A DNA stretch of 64,000 bases from Octopus vulgaris (lineage: Eukaryota), in the NCBI GenBank assembly GCA_951406725.2, contig OX597816.1:148676001-148740000 (forward strand), written 5' to 3'. Under the pieces are notes generated by a model. The model made no database searches and was not told the DNA's origin. It saw nothing but the letters and a program-made list of their open reading frames with translations. Made by a program: the position numbers and the translations under genes. Below, one piece after another: positions 13,525 through 27,925 of this stretch (position 1 is the stretch's first letter; each line of letters opens with the position of its first letter).

Positions 13525-13862
13525 AATGCCCTGATGCAGTACCAGGCAGTGGCTCTCATGGCTTCTTATCTTAACTGATTGTGAGTGCCATCATGTACAT
13601 TGTTTTGTCTTGATATAAAAGATGGGCTACAGCAAATATTTTGCTCAGTACCAGAGATTTTCTTATCAGTTGTTTGACCTTCAGCAGTTGAACATCTCCC
13701 TTAGTGGCTGACAATATCATGAGCAGAAGTAGTGGGGGAGCATCATAACCAAATCTTGAGAAGAATTCTTTGGGGTTTGAATAAATCACCTCTGAGAACA
13801 TGAGAGTTTCGTTCAACATCCTTAAACAACCCTTATTCAGGGACCTTTTGAGTAGGATGTCT
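13525..13862 (-). mobile_element. Unclassified (TTA/TTC)n-tailed retroelement 3' end
   Basis: Homologous to 51130-51403 (tatgatgctcccccactacttctgctc..gtactgcatcagggcattt); both copies end in a trinucleotide tail. Confidence 0.8.
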
Positions 13863-13999
13863 GCTGAATATAGATATTTTTAGCTATTCATTTCATTACC
13901 CACATGCAGATCGTGACCACATGAGCCACGAGTAATGTGCACCAACAATTATCATTAGACGTCATGAGCACAGACAAAAGAGAGAATTTTAAAAACTAA

Positions 14000-14390
14000 A
14001 GTCATTTCTATTAGAAGAGCAATAATGCAACTTCTCACCAGTCTTCTTCTCGCTGATGCTAACATCTGTAGCTAACATATTAAACCAATCTGGACTTGGA
14101 TACAAATTCTATGGGAAGACAATCAACTATCTTTTGTATATGAATGACCTCAAGTCGTACGCTGCTGACAGTAACAGATTACTAGAAGAATTGACATTAA
14201 ATTCGGATTAGCGTAAGATGCCAAGGCAACATAAAAGAAAATTAATTAAGAGTACTGATATCATGCTAAATATAATGATAAGAAACAGAAGCAGATAATG
14301 AAACGGAAGAGAATTACACCCAACATACAAATAGTTCGGAATCAATAAACTAGACGAAGTACAACACAAAGAAACGAAATAATATTAATA
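14000..14390 (+). pseudogene. Ancient R4/Dong-type RT core remnant
   Basis: SPVFFSLML..ILNQSGLGYKFYGKTINYLLYMNDLKSYA (YMDD-type motif). Confidence 0.75.
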
Positions 14391-14899
14391 TGATAATAAT
14401 AGTATTTCGTTAGTACATAGAGTGTGGGGTACAATACTAACTATTTTTATAATTAAATTTGAAATATTTTATATTTTTCACAATAGTTGCTCAGATCATT
14501 ACCATTTAATGAGCATTCTTTGTAAATGTAAAAGTCAACTAAACCAAGTTTTGCTATGCTTGAAGCTACTTAACAACTAAGATACAGCGCAACTAATATG
14601 GAAAAATATAAACCGGAGAATGCGTACCACATTGAACCTTCTCTGTTGGTTCAATTGGACAATATAATTGGCTGAACCAAAAGAGACAATCAATGTCAGT
14701 TATCATTTATCCAAGGATTATCGGATCCACTTCAGGAGAGATGTCCAGCCTTTTATTCACCTTTAGTCTAAAATAATTCTATTTTATTGCCCTTCTTATA
14801 TAATCTGTGATAGTTACCCACCTTTATCTGATCTGGTCTCCATGTTCTCTTCCATCGCCATGAACAATGACACTGATATTCTAGTCTCTGACCGGTCTT

Positions 14900-15420
14900 T
14901 GCCGTCGAAAGTGATCTCATTTGCTTCTGCTCTGGCTATCCTCGGAGCTGTGACCTGTGATATTCAATAGTAGTAGTAACCAAGGACTTCACTTTTCGGG
15001 AATGCTGATTCAGTTTTTGCTTCTGTTGCTTTCTTCCGCTCTCTTTTTTGCTTCTCTTTTCTCTTCTGGACAGTAGACTTTCAAGTCTTCTTTACTATGA
15101 CACGCACAGCAACTGGGATTGTCCTACAACACCTCTTTAATTGATGTATTCTCCGTTCCCTTAGCCCTGCAGTGTTCGAGGGTTTATCAGAACTTGGAGA
15201 TCTATGCCGCCCCCAACGAATCACATGATGTTGCTGGTCACATCCACACACACCACATGCGCACAATATTCGGAAAATGTGACAAGTCAGGAAACAAGGC
15301 ACATCCAAATAGCTTTGCAATTCCTTTTTCTTCATTTACTGCAACGTAGTCAAGTGAATGTCGCACAACTATGCCTAACTCTTCTCCGACACACTTTTAA
15401 ATACTGGCACACGCTTTAAT
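14900..15420 (-). pseudogene. Possible L1/Tx1-like ORF1 remnant with zinc knuckle
   Basis: Minus strand near 15125-15065 reads NPSCCACHSKEDLKVYCPEE, a CX2CX4(H>D)X4C pattern, followed by a purine-rich stretch. Confidence 0.4.
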
Positions 15421-15799
15421 ATGGGGGTGATGGTGGTGGTGGTGTTGATGCTACTACTGCTGCTACTGTTGCTGCTATCGCCGCCGCCGCTGCTGCTGCT
15501 GCTTTTGTTATTGTCTTTTAAACCTCAACAGGTGCATTTGCTACATCCTCCTTTGTGATTACCACCTGCTCTTCTCACAGCTCAGAGATCGCCTTACTGA
15601 AAACGAAGCAAAAAGAGGTATTTTTTTCAAATATATATACACACAGTAAAAATGTCAAGAGAAGAATCTTATTTTCTATCCCAGAGAAAAGAATAAATAT
15701 AACTTCAGAAATAACCCTGGAAGAAATATTTTCTAAGCGATGATCTGCGAAGCGACCGTCCGCAGTGAGCAGTATCAATAATAATGATTCTCTACATGG

Positions 15800-15965
15800 A
15801 CATAGACAGAAATTTAGTGAGATGATACAGTCAATGACATCAAATCTAGCATCAACTGGCGTTTATTTTATCGTCGTTGGGAAGATGAAAGGCAAAGATG
15901 ACTTTAGTGTAAGCGGGGGAGCCGAATTAACCGATGTAAGCCACTTTGTCCAACGCTTCTGACAA
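15800..15965 (-). mobile_element. SINE family 2, degraded
   Basis: tcaactggcgtttattttatcg..gatgaaaggcaaag matches 17267-17312. Confidence 0.65.
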
Positions 15966-17195
15966 TCTGAAAATATATGAAATTTCTTCAAAACAGATAG
16001 TGAAATCTCAAAACCTTGCAACTAATAATCGCTCACATGATTTGCTGTATTAAAATCAAGAATTATTCTGCGGAAATCCACTTTCATAAAAGCTATCAAT
16101 TTCTGTTGTTGATAATAGCAACAAGTCAATAAAATAAAATGTTTGAGATTTCTCTTATTTCGAAAAAAGATTTTATACAATATTTGAGAATTTATTAATT
16201 TATGGCAGCCAATAACGATTTTCAGTTTTTATCGCACATTTTTATTACCAATCCCAAATAACTGAATGAACTGTCCAAACAAATATACGTTTTAAATATG
16301 AACATGCATATGTAAATAAGAGCGTATGCATGCGTATAAATTATACATATGTGTGTGTATGTGCAATTGTGTATGTGTGTATTTTTATGTACGTATATAT
16401 ATATATATATATATACATACATATATTGATATATATTGATATACATACTTACATACAATTATACTTATACACAATGCGTCTGTGTGTGCTCATGTGCGTT
16501 TGTCTATATAACACACATACACATTCATACACGCACATATACATGCATACATCCTTCATAGATACTCACACGCAAATTTATGTGTGTGTGTATAAAACAC
16601 ACATATATACATGTGTATATTGTACATGATGCAAACATTATCTTATAAAGAACTCAATACGTAAAGTTGAGCAGAGCAGAGGAGAGATATGTTTAACAAA
16701 CCAAATTAATAACACTTTTCCAGATTCGCCCGATAGCTGTAAGTTCACGACACTTGTTGAAATAGAAAGACTTGTAGCATTTGTAACGTTAGGAAGGCAC
16801 TCGCAGTTTTGTGAGAGGTGGGATTGTTAATTGTATTTCAAAAATTGCAATGTAGGGAGGAAAAAAGAATCGCAACAATATACTTTGGTCCGGGTCTTGG
16901 GAAGTATACGAAAGGTAAATTGATCCATGTTTGTACAGGTGTGCGTACGAACTAATATTTGTGTGAGCAAGCACATGTAGTCTCACATAGACGCACACAC
17001 ATGTGCGCGCGCACACACACACATATACAAGCAAATACATAACATTTACAAAAGTATAATACAATTCCATTATTGGCAAATGCATCCACCCCGCAAATTC
17101 ACAGAACACTTACACGGCCATGCTTATATACATATACCATTTATTCTGGTTCTTGGAACGAGTGTTTATTGTGATTGTTATTAACTAATATAATG

Positions 17196-17402
17196 AATTC
17201 AAATTTGGGGGCAAACCCAGCAATTTTCGGGAAAATGAGATACTCGATTACATCGACCCCAATGCTCAACTGGCGCTTATTTTATCGACCCCGAAGGGAT
17301 AAAGGGCAAAGTTAACATCGGTGGAATTCGAACTCAGAACATCAAAAAATACTGCTGAGCATTTTACCCGGCGTGCTAACGGTTGTACCAGCTTGCCGCC
17401 TT
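17196..17402 (-). mobile_element. SINE family 2 with variant 3' end
   Basis: Same head and body as 13173-13384. Confidence 0.9.
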
Positions 17403-17547
17403 CTTATCTACACTAACAAAAGTTAATTTATGAAGGTCAGTATAAAATATAAACAAGTAAGATTATGTATAACTAAATACACTCACAGACGTGTACATAT
17501 GTACACATACGTACATTCATGTATGCAAACACATGCATATATATATA

Positions 17548-17630
<83 letters not shown>

Positions 17631-17643
17631 GTATGTATATATG

Positions 17644-17687
<44 letters not shown>

Positions 17688-17697
17688 CATATATATC

Positions 17698-17732
<35 letters not shown>

Positions 17733-17734
<2 letters not shown>

Positions 17735-18295
17735 TTAATCAAATATATTCAATGAGAATACAATATAATGAATTTCTAATAAGTGCTCTTAGTAGGGAAA
17801 TGGCTAAAACATTAAAGTTATTTAGACATTTAATAAGAGCGATTATATATTATATAAAATAAGAGCAGGAAAATTACATCAAAAAATCATCACAGGGGAT
17901 ATACGTCCAAAATAATATTGTATTAATAGATAGATGTATAAATATATAAAGTATGATTATTTAAAAAATTTTTAAAGTTTAAAATATCTTACGATTGTTT
18001 CAGGAATGTATTACCCTTCGAAATGGTATCTAAAATTGATAATCATTGTTAGGTAAAACATCCACTCTTCAGAGAGAAAGAGGGTGAGTTTCCGTGTAGT
18101 CAATTGAATGCTATTTAAAAATATATGAAAAAGATGTTGTCTAAAAAGTTACTGGCATAGATATGCGTTGGTACAATCTTGTGCTAAAAATGTTGAAGAA
18201 ATAATATGCATCCGTGGTAAAATCCTCTGCGGTAATCCATAATGTCTGTGTGTAAATATAAATCCCATAATTCTATTCTCTTCAATGTGTGATCC
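17733..18295 (-). mobile_element. AT-rich non-coding PLE-related element next to (TA)n
   Basis: Carries the hammerhead at 17985-18077; no ORF recognised; extent inferred. Confidence 0.45.
17985..18077 (-). ncRNA. Minimal hammerhead ribozyme with long stem II
   Basis: UCU-CUGAAGA-G UGGAUGUUUUACC...GGUAAUACAUUCC U-GAAA-CAAUCG-UA-AGA; stem I only 3 bp. Confidence 0.6.
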
Positions 18296-18297
18296 AT

Positions 18298-19615
18298 TAA
18301 TTCTTTATTGCCCACCAGGAGCCAACACAGATGGGGACAGCACAATCTGATTTGGAGTTAGATACACGGTATGATTTCAAAAAAGGAATGCATTTAAAAT
18401 TTTAACGTGAAATTATATAATCGAATGGAATACAAACAAATGACAAAACAAATGGAATGGCATTTTATTTCAGCTCCGACCCCACGAGCCCCAATCCACC
18501 ATTGATACTTTATTAGACAATTTATGACGTATTCACACGGTTACATCCAGTCGCAACACTCGTGCTAAATACTTTCATCTTTCGTCAAACATTTTCTCCA
18601 ACAGACACCTCTTTTCCAGCCTCATATTCCTTTTCAAATGAAAAGCGAAATACGTTTGTAAGACGAAGCCAGAGACGAAACTGCCTACCTTTGCTCCTTT
18701 CATCCCTGTCTTCCATACCACCTCTTTCGCTATTGCTACTACGGTGAGAAAACAATTCTTACCTTCATTTGACAAAAATTTAGGTGGGTTAATTTTTATA
18801 ATTGACTCAGTCGAGAGCTGTAATCTTCCTGCACCAGACAACAGATGTTCCGCATAAGCCCACATCTCCGACACCACCGGACACTGAACAATAGCGTGCG
18901 GGACGGTTTCCCTATCCCTCCCACATCTTGGAGAGGTCGGTGAGTCGCACTGACCATGTCTTGCAAGCTTATCCCGAACGGATAGGGCACCTCTGTAACA
19001 TTGCCAGGTCAAGGAGTTTTGGAAGTTATCTAGCATCCTCAACCCAAACATACGAAAGAACAGGCTGTCGAGTTGAATATACAGGGTCTACCCTAGGACA
19101 TCGTCACATTCAGCCTCTACCAACTTTCTATAGAAAAATGCTGTAGAACCCCCACCTCGGCATTACCCGAACGACGGAACAGCAAGAGGGCCTTACGACA
19201 CTCCGTATGACACTCACTCAACCTTGATCTACGAAAGCACCAGTCTTCTCGTCCACACAAACTAGCAAACGAGGAAAACATCCGTTTTGCCAGCAGAGAC
19301 AACAAACAGCCTCTTACAAGTGGCTTCGAGCCCCTCCACAAAAAGTGAAAGCGCTGTCTTTCCAACTTGGTCAACCACAGATCCGGGCAAGGAACCACGA
19401 TTAGGCGATAGGTAATGACCGATGCGATAAGCACATTGGCCTCTCCACCCTCCCTTTCAGGGATAGCCACCGCCAAAACCAGGTCTTGACTAAGCAGGCC
19501 ACCCTGCTCGATACCTCAGCCCAATTCTTCTCTACTTGAAGATACGGACCAAACTAGACCCCTAGCAACTTAACCGGTCCCTCCGTCTGAAGGCATCGAC
19601 TTGCCCCTTCAGGTA
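18298..19615 (-). mobile_element. Tx1/L1-clade LINE, 3' part of ORF2 with zf-RVT and 3' UTR
   Basis: GPVKLLGV*FGP..EKNWAEV; ANVLIASVITYRL..FHFLWRG; WQCYRGALSVRDKLARHG..PRCGRDRETVPHAIVQCP..W; ends ..gtgggcaataaagaa. Confidence 0.88.
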
Positions 19616-20509
19616 CAGAAGTGGTCAGATTTGTACAGCGTAAGTTTCTTTTGTTTTGTTTTTTAATAGGTTTCTCTTTAACAGATTTCTACAAGATTTT
19701 GCTCTGTAACTATACAAGCCAACGTGGTTATATTATTGCTGGCACTACAAATCTATTTATGGAATAGTCTTGTCACTGAGATAAGTTTTAATGACATAAT
19801 TATATTTCAATTTTCCATTCTCACTGAGACACCTATAACACCAATTTCCAAATATTTGCAAAAGGAAGTATGCATTTTAGAGCCCTTGTATTATCTCCGT
19901 CCCTAGACTTCGGAATTATCTGCTTCACTGGTCTAACTGCCTGGTAGAATTGTCGGTTTCTTCAATTTAACTATGGCATCTATTATAATTATCATCATAA
20001 TCAACAACAGCAGCAGCAGCATCAATCATCAACTTTATATCGCATTTAAATGTTCTGTTTATATCTTTACAAAAGATAAAACGAGAGTTTGAAGAAAATT
20101 TGATATTACTGATATTATATAAACAGAAATTAAAAAGTGAAACAAGAATATACAAAAATATATACAAATATGCAAAAAAAATAGTTAAATTATAAGTTGT
20201 CAGATTTTGTAACAAGATGCAATAACTCTGGTCAGAATGTCTAACTATAAAAAACAACTTTTTTAACTTGTAAGCATTTGATCTCCTCGGAGATTTTATT
20301 AACAATGCTGCTATAAAGTATATTATTTCTAATCGAGATCGTTTCTCGAAGAGGTTAATAAGCAGTGTCGCAGTGGACTGTTTGAATATATCTATTCATG
20401 TACCATGTAATAAATTACTTACAATATGGAGATGAGATCAAATGAGAGGTTACAGTTGTATTCATTCAGAGTATACGGGCGTAAATGCAAAAAAGAAAAA
20501 CATACGCAG

Positions 20510-20545
<36 letters not shown>

Positions 20546-21189
20546 ACATATATGAACCACACATTTTAAGAGCATGTTTTAAATTACTAAAACTGGATCT
20601 TTGCATTCCCTAAATGTAGGCTGTAAATTGCAAACCATTCCATATTTCTCACTTTTATAATGTTGTTAATATATAAAGTTTAGTATTCACACGATCGTAG
20701 TTATCATTGCAATATGTTTACGTGTGTTATTCGTGATATATATAAAATATAAATAAATAATATTTACCATTCGCTACAATACACGGTTCACAAGTACATA
20801 TACACACAAGTATATAAGTGTGTTTCGTGTGTGAGGGCACGCGCTTGTGTGTGCATGTTTATATACACACATGTATGTATGCATGCATGTATTTATGTAT
20901 GCATACTTGTATATGTATGCATGTATTTTCTTTGAGATTTATTTATTTTCCCTCCACAAGATTAAAGCAAATGACTAACAAAGTTTGGATCAAAACAGTC
21001 CTTGCAATGCGAATGTGTTACTTTATGCATACATGTAGATGTAAAGGTGGATGAACTTGCAAGCATGTGACGCATGTTCGACTTTCATTATTGTTTATTA
21101 ATGTGTTTATATCATACCACAGTATCACAATATCGACCAGACCAGATGCTATTGTACACAGCTAGTCACAATGCATTTTCAATTTTGTC

Positions 21190-21760
21190 TTGAATGCGCC
21201 ATTTTTTTTTCCTTCTTGACCCAAATTGCTTAACTAATCCGTCTTCCAATTCGCCTTCCAAGCGGTCTTTTCCGATGTCTTGAATACCAGTCGGCAACTG
21301 CGCATGTCCACCTGTTGTCTGTGAACTTTGCGACACATTGAGTCCAGTGGAATTTGTGCCTTCGGTTTTCTGCGATCACGCCGCTCCGTTCTCAAATCAT
21401 CTCAATTCGAATATGCTCTTGTAAAAATATTCCAAGCATAAACCTTTCTATGTCCCATCGCATCGCAGCAAATCCCCTTTGTAATATCTCACGTCTCACT
21501 TGCGTATAAGAGCGTAGATAGGACGGTGCAATTGAAGAGTCTAACAAGTATGATATTGTCTATCTTTGCTTTGAGCACATTTTTTTTCTTTGATGTAATT
21601 ATCTTTCATCCTGTCTTTATTCGCTTTGAAATCCCAGCATCAATATCTCGGCACACATTCACTGTGTACCCCATGTAGACGTACTCCTTTACCTAGAGTA
21701 CTCATCGCTGAAACTGCACACCAGCTGCAGTGGACACGCATAGCTTAGCGGTAAGTCTTC
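21190..21760 (-). mobile_element. RTE-clade LINE fragment
   Basis: VKEYVYMG near 21690; KFHWTQCVAKFTDNRWTCAVADWYSRHRKRPLGR near 21350-21250 (decayed WAGHVAR..DNRW..W.PR..KRP.GRP). Confidence 0.8.
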
Positions 21761-21948
21761 AAATGAAAACAAAATATTAGCACAAAACTTAGCACAAGGC
21801 CGAATAGAGTTTGGAGAGATAAAATTAATGAAGTAAAGGAGTACGTTTACTTATACCATATACATAATACAATTGTGTACGGGTGTTCATTCCAAAAAGA
21901 ACTCTGATGGAGGATCCCTGGAATAATTTGTTAATTTTTACTGTACAT

Positions 21949-22114
21949 AAGCGTAGGAGTGGCTGTGTGGTAAGTAACTTGCTTACGAACCACATGGTTC
22001 CGGGTTCAGTCCCACTGCGTGGCACCTTGGGCAAGTGTCTTCTACTATAGCCCCGGGCCGACCAAAGCCCTAGGAGTGGATTTGGTAGACGGAAACTGAA
22101 AGAAGCCCGTCGTA

Positions 22115-22174
<60 letters not shown>

Positions 22175-22379
22175 CGCGTTTGTGTGTCTGTGTTTGTCCC
22201 CCGCAACATCGCTTGACAACCGATGCTAGTGTGTTTACGTCCTCGTAACTTAGCGGTTCCGCAAAAGAGTCCGATAGAATAAGTACTAGGCTTGGGGTCG
22301 ATTTCCTCGACTAAAAGCGGTGCTCCAACATGGCCGCAGTCAAATGACTGAAACAAGTAAAAGAGTAAAGAGTAAAGAG
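21949..22379 (+). mobile_element. SINE family 1, full length
   Basis: A box tggctgtgtgg, B box gggttcagtccc, internal (TA)n, tail (aaagagt)n. Confidence 0.95.
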
Positions 22380-23416
22380 AATACCATTAATCAGTTGCAA
22401 TTGGCAGATATTAATCACTTTTCCTTGTTCTTTCTTGAAGACACCTAGCATCGTCATGCTTTTATATGAATTTGTTGTTGCACAACCCGGTGCACCTATA
22501 ATAAATAGGTACAAAAGAAGATCTATAGCTTAGTTATTATAATAGCAGAAACCATACATGCTCTTTCTCAATTTTAGGTAAAACAGTTTGTAGAGATCAA
22601 TTGAGCAGCTGTCCTCTAAAACTGTCCATGATTTTTGTCCGCTATTCCATAGAACTATATCCGGCTTTGTACGTTTACATTGGGTTGCTACTTTTATTGG
22701 AATGTTCCAGCAGTATTCCTTAATTTTATAGGTGTCGATACAGTCTAGTTATTTATTAGAGCTGACACTTTACACTTCATAATTCAAATTTTCAGGTCTA
22801 GATTTAAAAAGCAAAATATGAAGACACTTTTTTATTTTGCCTAAGAACGTGAAGCGTACGTGTGAAGTGTGGGTTTCAGTAACTAATATGTATGTGTGTG
22901 TGTGTGAGAGAGAGAGAGAGAAAGAAAGAGAGAGAAAATGTGTATGTGTGTGTGTGTGTGTGCGTGTGTGTACACGTTTATGTATTTGTTTTGCTGCTGC
23001 TACTGCTTGGAAGCTGACTATTTGGTACGGCTGACTGGACACTGAACTCGCTTTAGTGAAAGTACTTTTTGGCACTAGAGACAAATAGGCGTGCGCTGAA
23101 ATATATACATAAAGATAAAGAGAGAGAGGGAGAGAGAGAAAGAGAAAAAAGGGAGATATTATAAATTAATTGAACATAATTGGCATAAACACTTTCTCTC
23201 TCCTTATACACGCAAAGAGAAATACGTTCACACACATGGACAGAGAAAGACAGGAGAGAGAAGAGACCGAGTGAAACATTAAAACGGGTGATGTCAAATA
23301 AGACAGCGTTTAATCAACGATGCTAAATAGGCGAGACCGAAACGGCAAGTGTCAGAACGTCCCATACCCGTTATTCACTGTATCTACACTTTCATGGACT
23401 AAAGACAAAACGTAAA

Positions 23417-23476
<60 letters not shown>

Positions 23477-23813
23477 TCTCCCTCAAGATGTTAATCAGAA
23501 ATATAAGTAACACTTCTTCCAGCTTTATATGAAGTAACGAAAATCTGGATTCAGATTTTTATACTTATGTATATACCTATGTGTGGATGATGCGTCCGTA
23601 TATGTATGCGTATGTTTGTATGTCTTGTGTATGTGTGTGCGTGTGTGTATGTGTGTGTGTGTAGGTATATGGAAAGAGAGCACGAGAAAGAGGAGAACCT
23701 TGATGCAAGAAACAAAATATAATAGTTTGATAAATGATGATATATATTAGCAAAAAGGTAAGAACTAATATATGTAAGTATTTACACATGTTTATGTATA
23801 CACAAATTCATAC

Positions 23814-23864
<51 letters not shown>

Positions 23865-23914
23865 CATACATACATACATACATACATACATACATACATA
23901 CATACATACATACA

Positions 23915-23947
<33 letters not shown>

Positions 23948-24054
23948 GCATACACATATATACATATGTGCATCAGCATGGCCGCAGCTCTGAGCTGAAA
24001 CTTTAAAAAATATATATATATACATATGTATAGATAGATAGGTAGGTAGGTAGG

Positions 24055-24128
<74 letters not shown>

Positions 24129-24130
24129 TG
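23814..24130. repeat. (TA)n, (CATA)n and (GATA)n tracts with a short LINE/SINE tail remnant at 23974-24005
   Basis: cagcatggccgcagctctgagctgaaac lies between the tracts. Confidence 0.9.
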
Positions 24131-24213
24131 TATTTATAGATATATATATTTGTAAATACATATGCATATATAAATGTATGTATATATTGGTGTACATGCA
24201 TACATAGTATATA

Positions 24214-24257
<44 letters not shown>

Positions 24258-24827
24258 CATATATAAAAAATATATGTATATAATGTATATATAAAATATA
24301 TAAAATTTATATATATATGTATTATACATACACACACACTCATACATATATATATATATACATACCACATACGCGGACACAGAGGAAGCGAAGTGTGAGA
24401 AAAGGGTGAGAGAACGTCAGACGAAAAAACTATTTTTAATAAACTGTGGGATAGAAGATAAATTATCTGTAAAAATGATAAAAAAACTGCGAAAGGAAAC
24501 AAAAGATGTCTAGCAAATAAATAGCAGAGGTAGTGAAATATTAGTGAAAAGAAAAAAATATAGAAAATGAAATGTTTTCTTTTGTACAAATAGTAAATCA
24601 ATTCCAACAAGAAGAAGAAAAAAAAGTTCAGCAAATAACTCCTGGGTATGCAACTTGAAGAGTAGTTTATAAAAATTCGTTAAACATCGCTCTGAAAGTA
24701 CAGATAATGGAACAAATTAATTTCATGGATATAAAAACATGGAGAGAAAAAAAAACGGAAGTTACAATAATAGCCTATCCGAAACAATAATTATTATTAT
24801 TATTATTACTATTATTATTGTTATTAC

Positions 24828-24876
<49 letters not shown>

Positions 24877-25895
24877 ATCATTATTGTTGTTGTTGTTGTT
24901 ATTATTATTATTGCCTTTTGTTTTTCTTTTTTGTTGCGTTTATTCATTTACAGAAGATTGAACACAGCCAGAAATTTTGAAAAACTTGTCTAGGTGTTAC
25001 AAAGACATATCGTTTCTCTTTTGCATATCTTCTGTTCCGTCATTCTTTCTCTTTCCTTCGTTTTATATTTTTTTATCTAATCAGCTAACTCACACACACA
25101 CACAATTTTTCTCTCCCTGTCTCCATCTCTATCTCTCTCCCTCTCTTCCCCCTTTTCCTATATTTCTCCCTCTTTCCTCTTCACCTTCTGTAACCTTCCC
25201 TATCTCATTTTCTTTCCTCCTATATCTATATCTGTTTTTCTCCCACTGCCTAAATATATAACTAACTCAAAATTTCACAGATACATGTGCCATATGCGCG
25301 CACAAACTCTTATATGCACAAGTATGCACACACACACACACACACATATACACATACACACACGCATGCACACATACACATACTCACACGCGTATGTATT
25401 TCACTCACTCATAAAATTGTGTACGTCTACGATTTGTATTCTCATTTTGTCCCTTTGAATAAAATGTTCCTCTATAAGGCGCTTACCGACCCTTCCTTCA
25501 ATCCCCCCACTTTTCATGTATGTGTGGTGTTTCTGTGTATTCATGTGTGTGTGTGTATGTGTGTGTGTGCGTGTGTGTGTGTGTCTGTCTGTCTGTCTGT
25601 TTGTGTCTTTTAGATTTATGTGTCTGTATTTCCATCGATTTTTCTTTGAGATATTTCCTCCCACACTTTTTTCATACATACTCATCTTTTTCTCTCCTCT
25701 CTTTCCTCGTCTAATTATCTATCCCTCTAACCATCGCACACACTCACATTTACACACACATACACACATACACACACACACATATATATATGGATGTATG
25801 TACATATGTATATGTGTGTGTCTGTGTGTGTGTGAGTGAATATGTGTATATTATATTATTTTATTTTATATAATATTATATTATGTTATATATAG

Positions 25896-25927
<32 letters not shown>

Positions 25928-26000
25928 GTAGAGAGAGAGAGAGGGGTGAGGGAAATAGAAAGCTACACATACATTCGTAATCACAGACACACACACACAC

Positions 26001-26034
<34 letters not shown>

Positions 26035-26405
26035 CACTCTCACTGGCAATATTATCTGTAGAGTGCCAAAAAAAAAACGCTCCAACCACATTGTGTTATT
26101 CACATCATTCACATCAACTTTTGGAAATGAAACGAATCATATTGTTTCTTACACATTTTTCCACATTTTTTATTTGCTGAAAGTTATTTAGCCATGCTGA
26201 CTAAACATAACTTTTTTGTGTTCATTTCCAAACAATCTGCTACAGCCAAAACAAACTTTGAAAGCCCAGGACTCAAAATATAAGGTAGTGACAGCTGGCG
26301 AAGACAGCAAGAGGACTGAGGTGGATATTTCGTATCTCGTCACCGATATATGAATTACTCCTACCTAGATTCTCCCTATCACCAAGATACTTAACATTTC
26401 CCTCT

Positions 26406-26472
<67 letters not shown>

Positions 26473-26629
26473 GTCTCTCTTTCCTCCATTCCCATAAATT
26501 TATATATATATATATATAAAATGCCATATATAAATATATATTCATATATATATATACCATTTATAAATATATATGCATACATATATTGCCATATATAAAT
26601 ATATTCATGTGTGTGTGTGTGTGTGTACC

Positions 26630-27520
26630 AGGTCCAACGCCTGACTTTCTTGTGCGACTTGATGGAACTGTTTGTACTGATAGCAGTAGATGAAGAGGAA
26701 TGCCGGTGCCTTAAAATCAGTGCATCGTGTAGATGGAACTCGTCAGCCTGAGAAAAAATGTTAATCTAACGGAAGGACAAACTTTACGTTCAAACTTTTG
26801 CTGCCTTGCGGCAATACACACCCATGAGTTACGCGGCGAGAGTAAACTCCGAGGAAAAATTAGGAGCTAAAATACCTAAGGTAGTCCAACATTGTTTTCA
26901 ATATCATTTTGGCAACTTCTGCGACGACACTGATGCCAATCCATGCAGGTCCTTTGGAAAACACCATTAGGAAAACTTTTCTGCGTGTGAAACTGCTCCT
27001 CTCACATACTAACCCTGCCCAGGCCTTACTCCAGCATCACCTTCACCACGATCGTACAACAGGGGAAGCAGCAGTTCACCCTTATAAGACTACAGCAGAA
27101 GAGGCGTTATATGGAACCATCGGCAAACAGCGTATTGATGTCACTATGACATCATACCTAGATGAAGCAGGATAGTGCATCCGGATAGTGGACGATCCAC
27201 CGGACTTACAAATCACAGATAAGATGGAAATCTCTCAGGGACATCATCCATATTACTGCACTGAAGGCCTTTGATCAGAAACAGTGCAAGGCCCAGAATT
27301 GGTTTAAAGGAAGTGTAGACCAGCTCACTGCTGTCATCGATGCCAAGTATGCTGCACTATAGGAAACATAAACGATACCCCTCACATGCCTTGTAAGCTT
27401 TATGAACGGGAAGATGCATGGCCCAGAAAACAGCCAGATGGTGTGCGAATGACTGTTCACTACAGCTACATTTGACATTGCTGACATCTGTAGGGGGCAT
27501 AAAGGAATAAAGAGGGCCAA
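26630..27520 (+). mobile_element. RTE-clade LINE 5' UTR plus endonuclease-RT linker remnant, internally deleted
   Basis: RTE-like 5' UTR (gctgccttgcggc..gagtaaactccgaggaaaaat..ggcaacttctgcgacgac), then GKQRIDVTMTSYLD and RWKSLRDIIHITALKAF..QNWF. Confidence 0.7.
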
Positions 27521-27616
27521 ATGCTCTTAAATGTGGTTTTGGTCGTTTTGACTGCTTCTTCTAGCGTGTAAAAATTACCTGTGAAAGGTAGTTTTCTCTT
27601 GTGTTTAAAAGTACAC

Positions 27617-27690
<74 letters not shown>

Positions 27691-27778
27691 ATGTATGTAT
27701 GTATGTATGTATGTATGTATGTATGTATGTATGTATGTATGTATGTATGTATGTATGTATGTATGTATGTATGTATAT

Positions 27779-27925
27779 ATGCGAGTGGGGACTGAAAAGT
27801 TCCTGGTTTAGGGTAAAAGAAAATAGAGGAAGATCAGTTAATTACGATTTTATTCAAGATATTCTCCCTTTCAGAGTCACACACTTATTGCAGGTCTTTC
27901 AGTTTTTTTAAGCTCTGTAAAATAA
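27779..27925 (+). mobile_element. Tc1/mariner terminal fragment
   Basis: (ta)tgcgagtggggactgaaaagttcc resembles mariner TIR starts (tacgaggg..tgaaaagtt); no partner TIR found. Confidence 0.55.

Noticed and set aside
14410-14650. Possible mariner 5' end with a short MEKYKPE start
   Set aside because: Too short and degraded; no TIR pair or transposase motif.
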